Shown here piece after piece: positions 46,928 through 55,500 of a stretch of DNA of 64,000 bases. The position numbers were made by a program, and so were the translations under genes. Each line of letters begins with the position of its first letter. Position 1 is the first letter of the stretch. The stretch spans positions 32,001-96,000 of the IMG/VR virus record IMGVR_UViG_3300020360_000085. One strand, given 5' to 3'. The DNA is from a virus. Its lineage: Duplodnaviria > Caudoviricetes. Below the pieces are notes generated by a model, which made no database searches, had not been told where the DNA came from, and saw only the letters and a program-made list of their open reading frames with translations.

Positions 46928-47998
46928 ATGCCAAGATTAAGTTTATGGAATCCAGTTAAAGGAAATGATTACAACTTCATAGATAGAGTTGTGGGCGAAC
47001 ATATCTTTGCAGGAGGTACCGGTGTTCATGTACACAAATATTTAGGAGTACATAGTGAGGACGATGGTAAAGATCCTACAAGACCTAATCCAAATGCAGG
47101 AACAAATGATGAAGTTTTTATACAAGATCTACTATTTCTAGAAAATAGAGATAGAAAGTATGATAAAAATATTTACGAATTAAGGGGTCAATATAACTTA
47201 GGCGATAACGATGCATTTGATCTTACACAATTTGGAATGTTTTTAGCAAACGATACGTTATTTTTTAACTTTCATATAGAAAGTATGGTAGAAGGATTAG
47301 GCAGAAGACTTATGCCTGGAGACGTATTAGAGATTCCACATTTAAGAGATGATTTATTATTAGGTAGCGACGATGCTGTAAATAGATTTTTTGTTGTTAC
47401 TGATGCAAGTAGGCCTGCAGAAGGATATGATCCTAGATGGTGGCCTCACTTGTGGAGAACTAAAGTAGGTCCTATAAGTGATTCACAAGAATACAGAGAT
47501 ATACTTGGTACTGGCGAAGAAGAAACTGATTTAAGAAATTTAATTAGCACTTATGCAAATGAAATAAATATTAATGACAAAATATTGGAACAAGCAGAAA
47601 GAGATGTTCCATATGATCCTCAATACAGAGATACAACACACTTGTATTTTGATGAGGAAGTGCCTGATAAACCTACTGTTGGATTAAATTTTGGTGGGAG
47701 TGACGGCCAGCCTATTAATGGATTAAGTATTGTTGGAAGTGGAGAAACATTCCCAACTAGTGGTACGTCTGATGGTGACTTTTTCCTACGTACTGACTTT
47801 AGTCCAAATAGATTATTTAAAAAGTCAGGTTCACGTTGGCTAAATGTAGGCACAGATGAAAGAGGTACTTGGTCAGCCGCAAATAGAATATTATCAACAT
47901 TTATTAACAATGATAATACCACAACAACAAGCGATGGCGAAGCAATGGAAGAAAGAGTAAATTTAAGTAAGGTTGTAAAACCACAAACGGATAATTAA
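46928..47998 (+). CDS. Neck/head-closure protein (gp14-like)
   Basis: FDLTQFGMFLANDTLFF...LGRRLMPGDVLE; late promoter 46913-46920. Confidence 0.7.
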   Translation: MPRLSLWNPVKGNDYNFIDRVVGEHIFAGGTGVHVHKYLGVHSEDDGKDPTRPNPNAGTNDEVFIQDLLFLENRDRKYDKNIYELRGQYNLGDNDAFDLTQFGMFLANDTLFFNFHIESMVEGLGRRLMPGDVLEIPHLRDDLLLGSDDAVNRFFVVTDASRPAEGYDPRWWPHLWRTKVGPISDSQEYRDILGTGEEETDLRNLISTYANEININDKILEQAERDVPYDPQYRDTTHLYFDEEVPDKPTVGLNFGGSDGQPINGLSIVGSGETFPTSGTSDGDFFLRTDFSPNRLFKKSGSRWLNVGTDERGTWSAANRILSTFINNDNTTTTSDGEAMEERVNLSKVVKPQTDN

Positions 47999-47999
47999 A

Positions 48000-48338
48000 A
48001 TGAGATTGAAAGATATAACTCCAAAACGTATTATAAAAGAAAACGAAGAACTTATTTCTAAGTTAGAAGATAAAAAGTTTGATTTAGAAATGGCTTTAAG
48101 TCGTGCTAGAGAGGAAACCAAAAATATTAAGTATGCAGATATGCATATGGAAATAGTAAATGCAGTTTCTAATATTGCAGAAGATAATGGTATTGAAATG
48201 GACGAATACAACATTAACCAAGTTTACCAGGCAAAAAATAAATTGGAAAGTGCAATATATCAACTAGAGGAAGACTTTGAAGAAGCAATTAGAGATATCT
48301 CGAATAAAATAGACGAATTAGAATACGGCGAAGATTAA
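48000..48338 (+). CDS. Acidic coiled-coil hypothetical protein
   Basis: 112 aa, 1-nt spacing on both sides. Confidence 0.7.
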   Translation: MRLKDITPKRIIKENEELISKLEDKKFDLEMALSRAREETKNIKYADMHMEIVNAVSNIAEDNGIEMDEYNINQVYQAKNKLESAIYQLEEDFEEAIRDISNKIDELEYGED

Positions 48339-48339
48339 A

Positions 48340-49692
48340 ATGGCAGGAAAAAATTTAGATTACTGGTATGATGAACAGATAAAAAGATATCTTATACAGA
48401 TAATCAGAATCTTTTCAAATTTTAAAGTAAGAGAATATACAGATAAAGGTGTAAACTATAATAGAGTACCCGCAAGATATGGAGATAGTAGTAGAATGGT
48501 TGCTAGTATTTTGCGTAATAATTCAGAAAATATAATTAATAGTTCGCCTTTTATTGCAGTAACTATACAAAGTATCCAACCAGCAAGAGATAGAACACAT
48601 GAACCATTCCTTGTTGATACTCAACAAGTAGCAGAAAGAGAATTTAATAAAGAAACAGGTGCTTATTCTACAGAGCAAGGTAATCTATACACCACTCAAA
48701 GATATATGCCAGTGCCATATAATATGACAATAAATGTAGATATATGGACTACAAATACAGATACAAAATTACAAATTTTAGAACAGATATTTGTTTTATT
48801 TAATCCTAGTATTCAATTACAATCTAATAGTAATCCGTTAGACTGGACTAGTGTTTTTGAGGTAGAGTTAGCAGATATTAATTGGAGTAGTAGAGCCGTA
48901 CCTGCAGGAGTAGATGAAACTTTAGACATATCTACTATGTCATTTACAAGTCCAATATGGATTAGTCCTCCTGCTAAAGTAAAAAGACAAGCAATTATAC
49001 AACGAATTATAAATGATATACATTCTACTCCTGATATAGGAGAATTAGGATATAGTGAAGACTATGCAGACTTTTTTGGTCCTACAGCAGAATTGGCAGA
49101 AGTTGTTGTTACACCTAACGATTTATATTTACAAATTACAGGCAGTACTGCAAAATTAGTTAATGCTAGTAATGTAGGCCAAAAATGGTCAGATATAATA
49201 GAAATGATGGGAGAATTAAGAACAACCAGTAAGTTAAAATTAAATATATCTGCTGATACAGATAATGAACTTAATATGCTTGTAGGAAGTGTTACTAAAA
49301 ATCCTGTAGATGATACTGCATTAATTTTTAATTTAGATACAGATACATTACCTGTTGATACATTATCAGATGTAGACAAGATTATTGACCCTACATCAAA
49401 TTATCCTGGAGACGGAACATTAGCGGCCGCAAGTACAGGACAACGATATTTAATAACAGAAGACATAGATGATTTAGGATTTCCTAATTGGGGGATAGAC
49501 GCACAGGAAAATGATATTATTTCATACGATGGTTCCAAATGGTCTGTAGTATTTGATGCAAGTGCAAATTCTGACTCAACACATTTTTTACACAATACTT
49601 TTACCTCCAAACAGTTCAAGTGGACAGGTGTAGGCTGGATAAGTAGTTATGAAGGCGAATATAGACCTGGCTACTGGAGATTAGTACTGTAA
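48340..49692 (+). CDS. Tail sheath stabiliser/terminator (gp15-like) with C-terminal extension
   Basis: YWYDEQIKRY...VPARYG...PVPYNM...QILEQI...FNP...LDWT. Confidence 0.75.
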   Translation: MAGKNLDYWYDEQIKRYLIQIIRIFSNFKVREYTDKGVNYNRVPARYGDSSRMVASILRNNSENIINSSPFIAVTIQSIQPARDRTHEPFLVDTQQVAEREFNKETGAYSTEQGNLYTTQRYMPVPYNMTINVDIWTTNTDTKLQILEQIFVLFNPSIQLQSNSNPLDWTSVFEVELADINWSSRAVPAGVDETLDISTMSFTSPIWISPPAKVKRQAIIQRIINDIHSTPDIGELGYSEDYADFFGPTAELAEVVVTPNDLYLQITGSTAKLVNASNVGQKWSDIIEMMGELRTTSKLKLNISADTDNELNMLVGSVTKNPVDDTALIFNLDTDTLPVDTLSDVDKIIDPTSNYPGDGTLAAASTGQRYLITEDIDDLGFPNWGIDAQENDIISYDGSKWSVVFDASANSDSTHFLHNTFTSKQFKWTGVGWISSYEGEYRPGYWRLVL

Positions 49693-50123
49693 TGAAAACA
49701 ACGGCGGCAGGAGTTGTATTTCTTGCCAAAGATACTGGCAGATGCTTATTACAACTCAGAGAAGGAACAAAACGATTTAATCATACCTGGGGATTCTGGG
49801 GAGGTATAATTGAAAAAGGAGAAACTCCTTTTGAATGCATACAAAGAGAACTAGATGAAGAAATTGGATTTATTCCAGAACTTCAAAAACTTAATCCAAT
49901 AGACGTTTACCAAAGCAAAGATAAAAATTTTTATTACTACAGTTTTGTATATGTTGTAGATAATGAATTTATGCCCCCAAAACTAAATGGCGAAAGTGCC
50001 GGTTATGCCTGGGTAAACATAGGACAATGGCCTAAACCTCTTCATAATGGTTCTAAAATCACTCTTTTTAAAAATGGTGGAACAGAAAAACTGCACACTA
50101 TATTAGAAATCAATAAAGAATAA
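49692..50123 (+). CDS. Nudix hydrolase
   Basis: Nudix box GIIEKGETPFECIQRELDEEIG. Confidence 0.9.
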   Translation: MKTTAAGVVFLAKDTGRCLLQLREGTKRFNHTWGFWGGIIEKGETPFECIQRELDEEIGFIPELQKLNPIDVYQSKDKNFYYYSFVYVVDNEFMPPKLNGESAGYAWVNIGQWPKPLHNGSKITLFKNGGTEKLHTILEINKE

Positions 50124-50131
50124 ATAATAGT

Positions 50132-50764
50132 ATGACCAAAGGCGAAATCATAGATTTTGAGGTCTTGCGAATACAAAATGATTTGGATAATTTTCAGCGA
50201 ACTAACACGATACCACATACTATATTAGAAGGCACATTTGATATAGAAGAAATAAAGGATGTTTTTTTAAATAAACTTCCTCCTAAGTATAAAAAAATAG
50301 GTAAAAGACTTGTAGATGAATACTACGAAAAAATAAATGAAAATTTAGAGTCTTTAAAAACTGCCATGAAAAGGGACTACGACAGAGTCTTTAAAAATAT
50401 GGCATCTGCTCATGAAAGTTTTAGATATAAGCAGACAATGAACCTATATAGACCTGGAATTAATCCAATTAGAGCATTGTATTATCAGACCCGTGACGTG
50501 AGCAGGAGATATAATCCTGAGCACCCTTACCACTACTGGTTAATAGACCTTGTTACAGATTTAGAATATAACAATATTATATTAGATGCTTTAAAAAAGG
50601 ACATAAGCAAACTTGAACGTATAATAAAAAGATATTATTACCCTATAACTAAAATTGATGATAATATTCCTTTAGAATTATTTCATGCTAAACAGCAACT
50701 AAAGGACTTTAAACATTATTACAAATATTTCAGAGATATAAAACATTGGAGACCAGACGAGTAA
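50132..50764 (+). CDS. Hypothetical late protein
   Basis: 210 aa; AATAAATA 5 nt before ATG. Confidence 0.7.
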   Translation: MTKGEIIDFEVLRIQNDLDNFQRTNTIPHTILEGTFDIEEIKDVFLNKLPPKYKKIGKRLVDEYYEKINENLESLKTAMKRDYDRVFKNMASAHESFRYKQTMNLYRPGINPIRALYYQTRDVSRRYNPEHPYHYWLIDLVTDLEYNNIILDALKKDISKLERIIKRYYYPITKIDDNIPLELFHAKQQLKDFKHYYKYFRDIKHWRPDE

Positions 50765-51346
50765 TTATTTAAATGTGGTTGCTTTCATGCTACAAACAAT
50801 TCTATTTTGCTTATTGTCAGAATTTACAGCACTATGCCAACTAGTTGGGCCTGTTCTAAATAAAAATAAACTTCCAGGATTTCCTCCAACAATTTTATAA
50901 GGTTTATCTGCATCTGGATTATCATATATTTCTGTGCCAAAAACATATTCAGGATTACAATAAATTACACCTCTTACAAAAGGATTATTTGGAGTTTCTT
51001 CGTCTCCATAATAGTCATTATGCATTTGTAATTTTTGATTTTTACTTATCATATTTTCTACACCATAAAAATATTTACAATTGATGTCCCAAACATTATT
51101 AATTGCTTCAACAATATCTTTATTTTTTTGTCTAATTTTTTCTATAATATCCAGATAAGCAGATACATGTTGGGGACCATCATTATTAAATTCTTTTTGA
51201 GATAAATTTTCCTGTAACTTAATATAATTATCAAATATATTTTTATTATCTAAACCTGTAATAAAATTTTCTATTACAATATATTCAAAAGGATATGTGT
51301 TTAAATTTTCCCTACAAATTTTATCAATATTTTGTACTTGAACCAT
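50765..51346 (-). CDS. Putative 2OG-Fe(II) oxygenase
   Basis: MHND (HxD), SWHS, RIV; PFEYIVIENF N-terminus typical of the family. Confidence 0.65.
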   Translation of the reverse strand: MVQVQNIDKICRENLNTYPFEYIVIENFITGLDNKNIFDNYIKLQENLSQKEFNNDGPQHVSAYLDIIEKIRQKNKDIVEAINNVWDINCKYFYGVENMISKNQKLQMHNDYYGDEETPNNPFVRGVIYCNPEYVFGTEIYDNPDADKPYKIVGGNPGSLFLFRTGPTSWHSAVNSDNKQNRIVCSMKATTFK

Positions 51347-53415
51347 TATTTAGAAGTTTTCCTTTCAACACCGTCCCATTCTCCTGCAGGCATAGGTTGT
51401 TTTATTCTTTGTGCATATAAATTTGCAAGAGTATTATTCCAGTCATGTTCTTTTATTACTTCTATTTGATGAGCACATTCGGCCCATTCCCTATTTTGAT
51501 AAGCATCTACCATTCTGTTTATTACTCTAACCTCTTTTGTGTCTTTTAAAATTGTATAAATTGTTACAGGTGCAGTTTGGCCTTTTACTGCAATTTTATC
51601 TAACATTACAAGTCCTTGTGGTGAAACTATTTGTTTTAATGTATGTTCTGTAAACATAAAAAATACACCATACTCTTTGGTTTGTGCTTCTAAACGAGCC
51701 GCTAAATTTACACTATCTCCTAAAACTGTATAATCAAAACGTTGATTAGAGCCCATGTTACCTACTACGGCATCACCTGTGTTTATTCCTATACCAACAC
51801 CCAACTCCATTAATCCATCTTCTTTAAGTTCTTTATTAAGTTTTTTAAGTTCTACTTCCATTTCTTGTGCTGTCTCAATAGCCAATTGGGCATGATTATC
51901 TACATCAAGTGGAGCATTCCATATTGCCATTAAGGCATCTCCTATGTATTTGTCTATTGTGCCTTCTTTTTGCATAACAAGATCTGTCATAGGTGTCATA
52001 TATCTGTTAATTAATTTTCCTAAACCTTCAGGATCTGTTTTAAATTGTTCTGATATTGGAGTGAATCCACGAATATCTGAAAACAAATATGTCATTGTTC
52101 TTGTATCTCCGCCTAAACGTAATAGACTTGGATCTTTTTGTAACTTTTTAACCATTGCAGGTGCAAGATAATGTTCGAATTGTTTTTTAATTTGTTCACG
52201 TAATTTATATTGTTTGTAAAAGTTATTAAATGCCGCCTGTGTAAAAACTAAAAATCCACTTAGTACAGGGAAAGTAGCATCTAATAAAACTAAATCGCTT
52301 GTATATTTGTAAACACTATAATAGGATATTCCCCCTAATACTGCAAGTGATATAGGTGCAGTCCAAAGTAATGGCAGTTTATAAACTGCTAAAGCAATTA
52401 GAATCATAGTCAAGAAAGCAACGACCAACTCTGTGACAGCACTTAATTGGCTTCTTGTTATGTTACTGCCGTCTATAATGTTTTGTATCATATGAGCCTG
52501 TATATGTTGTGGATAAAGATTACCACGTGGTGTAGGTACAGGGTTTGCAACACCCTCAGCAGTAACACCTATGACTACCCATTTACCCATTAAATCTGGA
52601 ATACTATCAGCACCTTCATATTCTATTTCTTCAAAAGAATTATTAAAACGTATATAAGCAGTACCATCTGGTTGTGTAACTACAGGAGGAAAAGGAGGAA
52701 TAGCCACTTCTTGTATTCCTATTTCAGATGTTTTTATCATATAACTGGGTTTACCTGTGTGTACCCTTAACATCTCTACTGCAAAACTAGGATAAATTTT
52801 GTCTTCTACAGTAATAGCAAGAGGGTATGTTCTAGTTTGATTATCTGGTTGAGGGGCAGATGCTAAAACACCTTTACCATTACTTACAACTTCCAATATG
52901 GGAATATTAGTAACTAAATTAGGCCATTTAAGTAAATAATCTTTTGCTGGTACAGGACCTATTGTACCTGTACCTATATGAGGACCTGTACTTTTTATTC
53001 CTTTAACACTTGGCGTTTGACTTAAAACATTTACATTTACAGGATTTTTTCTAGCACCTGGAATGTTAATAACATTTTGTTGTAATATTCCTGCAAAACT
53101 TTCGTCTCCCTGAAATCTATCTGCTTCAGGAAACATAATTGTCCAACCTACGGGACCACTATTTTTCATAGCAACGTCTACTACAAGTTGTGCATAATAT
53201 TGCCTTGGAAATGGATACTGTCCGTATTTTGCTAAACTTTTTTCGCCAATGTTTATTAATACAACATTATCACTTTGTTTTACTTCATCTAATTGTTGAT
53301 AACTGTCAAAAACTTGACTTCTAAGACTTTGTAATGGTGTAGGATCTACTATTCTTAAGCCAAGTAAAAGTGCAATAGATAGGACCACTGCATAACCACT
53401 ATATAACCATTTCAT
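51346..53415 (-). CDS. CHASE2-domain membrane adenylate cyclase (class III)
   Basis: TM + CHASE2 (YPFPRQYYA, ILFPEADR-like, IGVTAEG) + 3 TM + cyclase FSDIRGFT, KYIGDALMA, DYTVLGDSVNLAARLE. Confidence 0.92.
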   Translation of the reverse strand: MKWLYSGYAVVLSIALLLGLRIVDPTPLQSLRSQVFDSYQQLDEVKQSDNVVLINIGEKSLAKYGQYPFPRQYYAQLVVDVAMKNSGPVGWTIMFPEADRFQGDESFAGILQQNVINIPGARKNPVNVNVLSQTPSVKGIKSTGPHIGTGTIGPVPAKDYLLKWPNLVTNIPILEVVSNGKGVLASAPQPDNQTRTYPLAITVEDKIYPSFAVEMLRVHTGKPSYMIKTSEIGIQEVAIPPFPPVVTQPDGTAYIRFNNSFEEIEYEGADSIPDLMGKWVVIGVTAEGVANPVPTPRGNLYPQHIQAHMIQNIIDGSNITRSQLSAVTELVVAFLTMILIALAVYKLPLLWTAPISLAVLGGISYYSVYKYTSDLVLLDATFPVLSGFLVFTQAAFNNFYKQYKLREQIKKQFEHYLAPAMVKKLQKDPSLLRLGGDTRTMTYLFSDIRGFTPISEQFKTDPEGLGKLINRYMTPMTDLVMQKEGTIDKYIGDALMAIWNAPLDVDNHAQLAIETAQEMEVELKKLNKELKEDGLMELGVGIGINTGDAVVGNMGSNQRFDYTVLGDSVNLAARLEAQTKEYGVFFMFTEHTLKQIVSPQGLVMLDKIAVKGQTAPVTIYTILKDTKEVRVINRMVDAYQNREWAECAHQIEVIKEHDWNNTLANLYAQRIKQPMPAGEWDGVERKTSK

Positions 53416-53433
53416 ATCTATATTTATCGTAAG

Positions 53434-53469
53434 AAAAACCTCCCTATAATTAGATTATAGAGAGGTTTC
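53434..53469 (-). terminator. Rho-independent terminator
   Basis: AAACCTCTCTATAAT-CTA-ATTATAGGGAGGTTTTT; G.U pair on the minus strand. Confidence 0.75.
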
Positions 53470-53573
53470 ATTCTAATCTAATAGTTTTAAAGACGTCTAT
53501 TAATCGTCTGGCAAATTGTGGCTTTTAGTTTTAAGAGTCTCTAAACCACCGGGCAATCCGGGAAATCGCTCTA

Positions 53574-54107
53574 TTAGTTATTAGCAAATTCTGATATTAA
53601 ACCATTTGCTAAATCATATTGGATAGCAAGACTTTCATATAGTTTGTAATATTCTTTATCACTATTAGGTCTATGTTCGCTACCATAAAGATCTGCATCT
53701 ACAAAGTTCCAGTCTATTGAACCGTCTCTGTTAGTATTACCTTCATCACTTACTGCTTTATTAAATGCTTTTGCAAATTCAGGTCTAAATTTAGCAACTC
53801 TGTAATTAACACTTTTAGTATAAAATCCTAAATTTTCAAGTTGTAAAACTAAACTGTTCATACCAGGAAATTTTCCTGTATCTTCATACTCACCTAAAGT
53901 AATTTGCATTGGATCATCAATAACATAGTATTCGTCATCTCCAAGTATAAAATCTAAATTAGCAATAAACTCTTCAACAAGTTTTTTACCTTTTTTGAAT
54001 GCTTCAGCATCTCTAGTTCTATATTGGAAGTCATGTATTTCATGACCTTTAAGTAAGCCTGTTGGCTCTGGTTGATCGCCTAAAATTCTGTAATTTAATG
54101 TTGACAT
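53574..54107 (-). CDS. Hypothetical early protein
   Basis: 177 aa; SD AGGAG; sigma70 promoter. Confidence 0.75.
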   Translation of the reverse strand: MSTLNYRILGDQPEPTGLLKGHEIHDFQYRTRDAEAFKKGKKLVEEFIANLDFILGDDEYYVIDDPMQITLGEYEDTGKFPGMNSLVLQLENLGFYTKSVNYRVAKFRPEFAKAFNKAVSDEGNTNRDGSIDWNFVDADLYGSEHRPNSDKEYYKLYESLAIQYDLANGLISEFANN

Positions 54108-54139
54108 ATAACTCCTACCTTATTTGTTACTATATAAAT

Positions 54140-54167
54140 ATTATAGCAAAAAACTAGAAATTGTCAA
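54140..54167 (-). promoter_or_regulatory. Sigma70-type promoter
   Basis: TTGACA-N16-TATAAT. Confidence 0.8.
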
Positions 54168-54184
54168 GCCTTTTTTATATATTT

Positions 54185-54898
54185 TTAACCTGCAAATGCA
54201 CGTTCTAACATAAAATCTCCAGACTCTCCTGTGTTGCCTTCGTGCCATCCTAAGTTTGTAAATAGTTCTCTGCAATCTTTATTCATTTCTGGAGAACCGC
54301 ATACCATAACTGCGTCTCTGGTTTTATCTAAATTACTGCCTAAAACATCTGGAATATAGTTCCAAAATCTACCAGGTCTTAAATATTTTTCTCTAGTTAC
54401 TGTTTCTATATAATTAAAGTTAGGATAATCTAAACTGTTTAGTTTTTGCTTATATGCTAGTTCATTTACATTTCTTACAGTATGAAACAAGTAAACATTA
54501 TTAAACTTTTCATAGGTCTCAAAATCATGTGCAATACTTATAAAAGGTGCGATACCTGTGCCAGTAGATAGCATTACTAAATTTTGTTTTTTATTTAAAT
54601 AATCTATAACTAGACTGCCAGTACATTTCGGATTTACAATAACCTCTTCTCCAATTTGTACATTTTGTAATTTTTCTGTAAGGGGACCATTTGGAACTTT
54701 GATACTTAAGAACTCTAAATGCTCGTCATAATTTGTACTTACAATACTATATGCTCTAAGTATTGGTCTAGGATCTACATCGAGACCCATCATACAAAAC
54801 TCTCCATTTTTAAATCTAAAACTTTTATCTCTTGTGGTTTTAAAACTGAAAAGTCTATCTGAATAATGTTTGACTTCTGTAACTGTCTCTTTGTGCAT
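54185..54898 (-). CDS. fpr: Ferredoxin-NADP+ reductase (bacterial Fpr type)
   Basis: RAYSIVS (FAD), GPLT, STGTGIAPF, MVCGSPEM, LERAF. Confidence 0.92.
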   Translation of the reverse strand: MHKETVTEVKHYSDRLFSFKTTRDKSFRFKNGEFCMMGLDVDPRPILRAYSIVSTNYDEHLEFLSIKVPNGPLTEKLQNVQIGEEVIVNPKCTGSLVIDYLNKKQNLVMLSTGTGIAPFISIAHDFETYEKFNNVYLFHTVRNVNELAYKQKLNSLDYPNFNYIETVTREKYLRPGRFWNYIPDVLGSNLDKTRDAVMVCGSPEMNKDCRELFTNLGWHEGNTGESGDFMLERAFAG

Positions 54899-54919
54899 AC
54901 AGATATTTATTTTATAGAT

Positions 54920-54952
54920 AAAATTTCCCCTGCCATTTCTGACAGAGGAAAT
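54920..54952 (-). terminator. Rho-independent terminator after the lipoprotein frameshift extension
   Basis: ATTTCCTCTGTCA-GAAA-TGGCAGGGGAAAT-TTT; two G.U pairs form only on the minus strand. Confidence 0.75.
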
Positions 54953-54974
54953 GTGTTTTGTAAAAAGTTAAAAC

Positions 54975-55142
54975 TTATTCACATTCTTTAGGATTTTTAG
55001 AACAATACTCCATTACCTTATTAAGCAATTTTACTTGTTCAATAAGTTCTGAAATGTCCTCATCGTCCTGCTCACCCTCATCTGAGGATTTTTTGTCTTC
55101 CTTCTTAGGTAGGAAAACTTTTGCTAAGAATGAGCGTTCTAC
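54975..55142 (-). CDS. Start-less 55-codon frame: candidate -1 frameshift extension of the lipoprotein
   Basis: VERSFLAKVFLPKKEDKKSSDEGEQDDEDISELIEQVKLLNKVMEYCSKNPKECE*; entered from A_AAA_AAG at 55142-55148. Confidence 0.6.
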   Translation of the reverse strand, partial: VERSFLAKVFLPKKEDKKSSDEGEQDDEDISELIEQVKLLNKVMEYCSKNPKECE

Positions 55143-55438
55143 TTTTTTTCTTCTTCTGGTTTTTTATCTTTGGAATCTTCTTGAAGTTCATCAGTTTGTT
55201 CATCAATTTCATCTGAAACTGTTTTAACAACACCTGCTCCTACTTCTAAAGCAGTCGTAGAAATATCAGAAACATCTTCTGCTACTGATACTGCCACATC
55301 TGATGCAGTTCCAACTACCACGTCTACTGTGTTAGTTGCTAACTCTTTACCGCCCTCGATTACTGCTCCAACTGAGGCACAACCTTGTGCGAAAATTACA
55401 AAGAATAAACCTAAGAACATATTTTTTAGTCCTTCCAT
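55139..55438 (-). CDS. Lipoprotein (99 aa)
   Basis: Start MEGLKN with SD AAGGAG; lipobox FAQG-C20; late promoter 55489-55496 with 5' hairpin GTGTAATA/TATTACAC. Confidence 0.8.
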   Translation of the reverse strand: MEGLKNMFLGLFFVIFAQGCASVGAVIEGGKELATNTVDVVVGTASDVAVSVAEDVSDISTTALEVGAGVVKTVSDEIDEQTDELQEDSKDKKPEEEKK

Positions 55439-55500
55439 TTTATTCTCCTTATATAAGGTGTAATAAGCCATCTGCTATATTACACTAATATTTATCGGAA

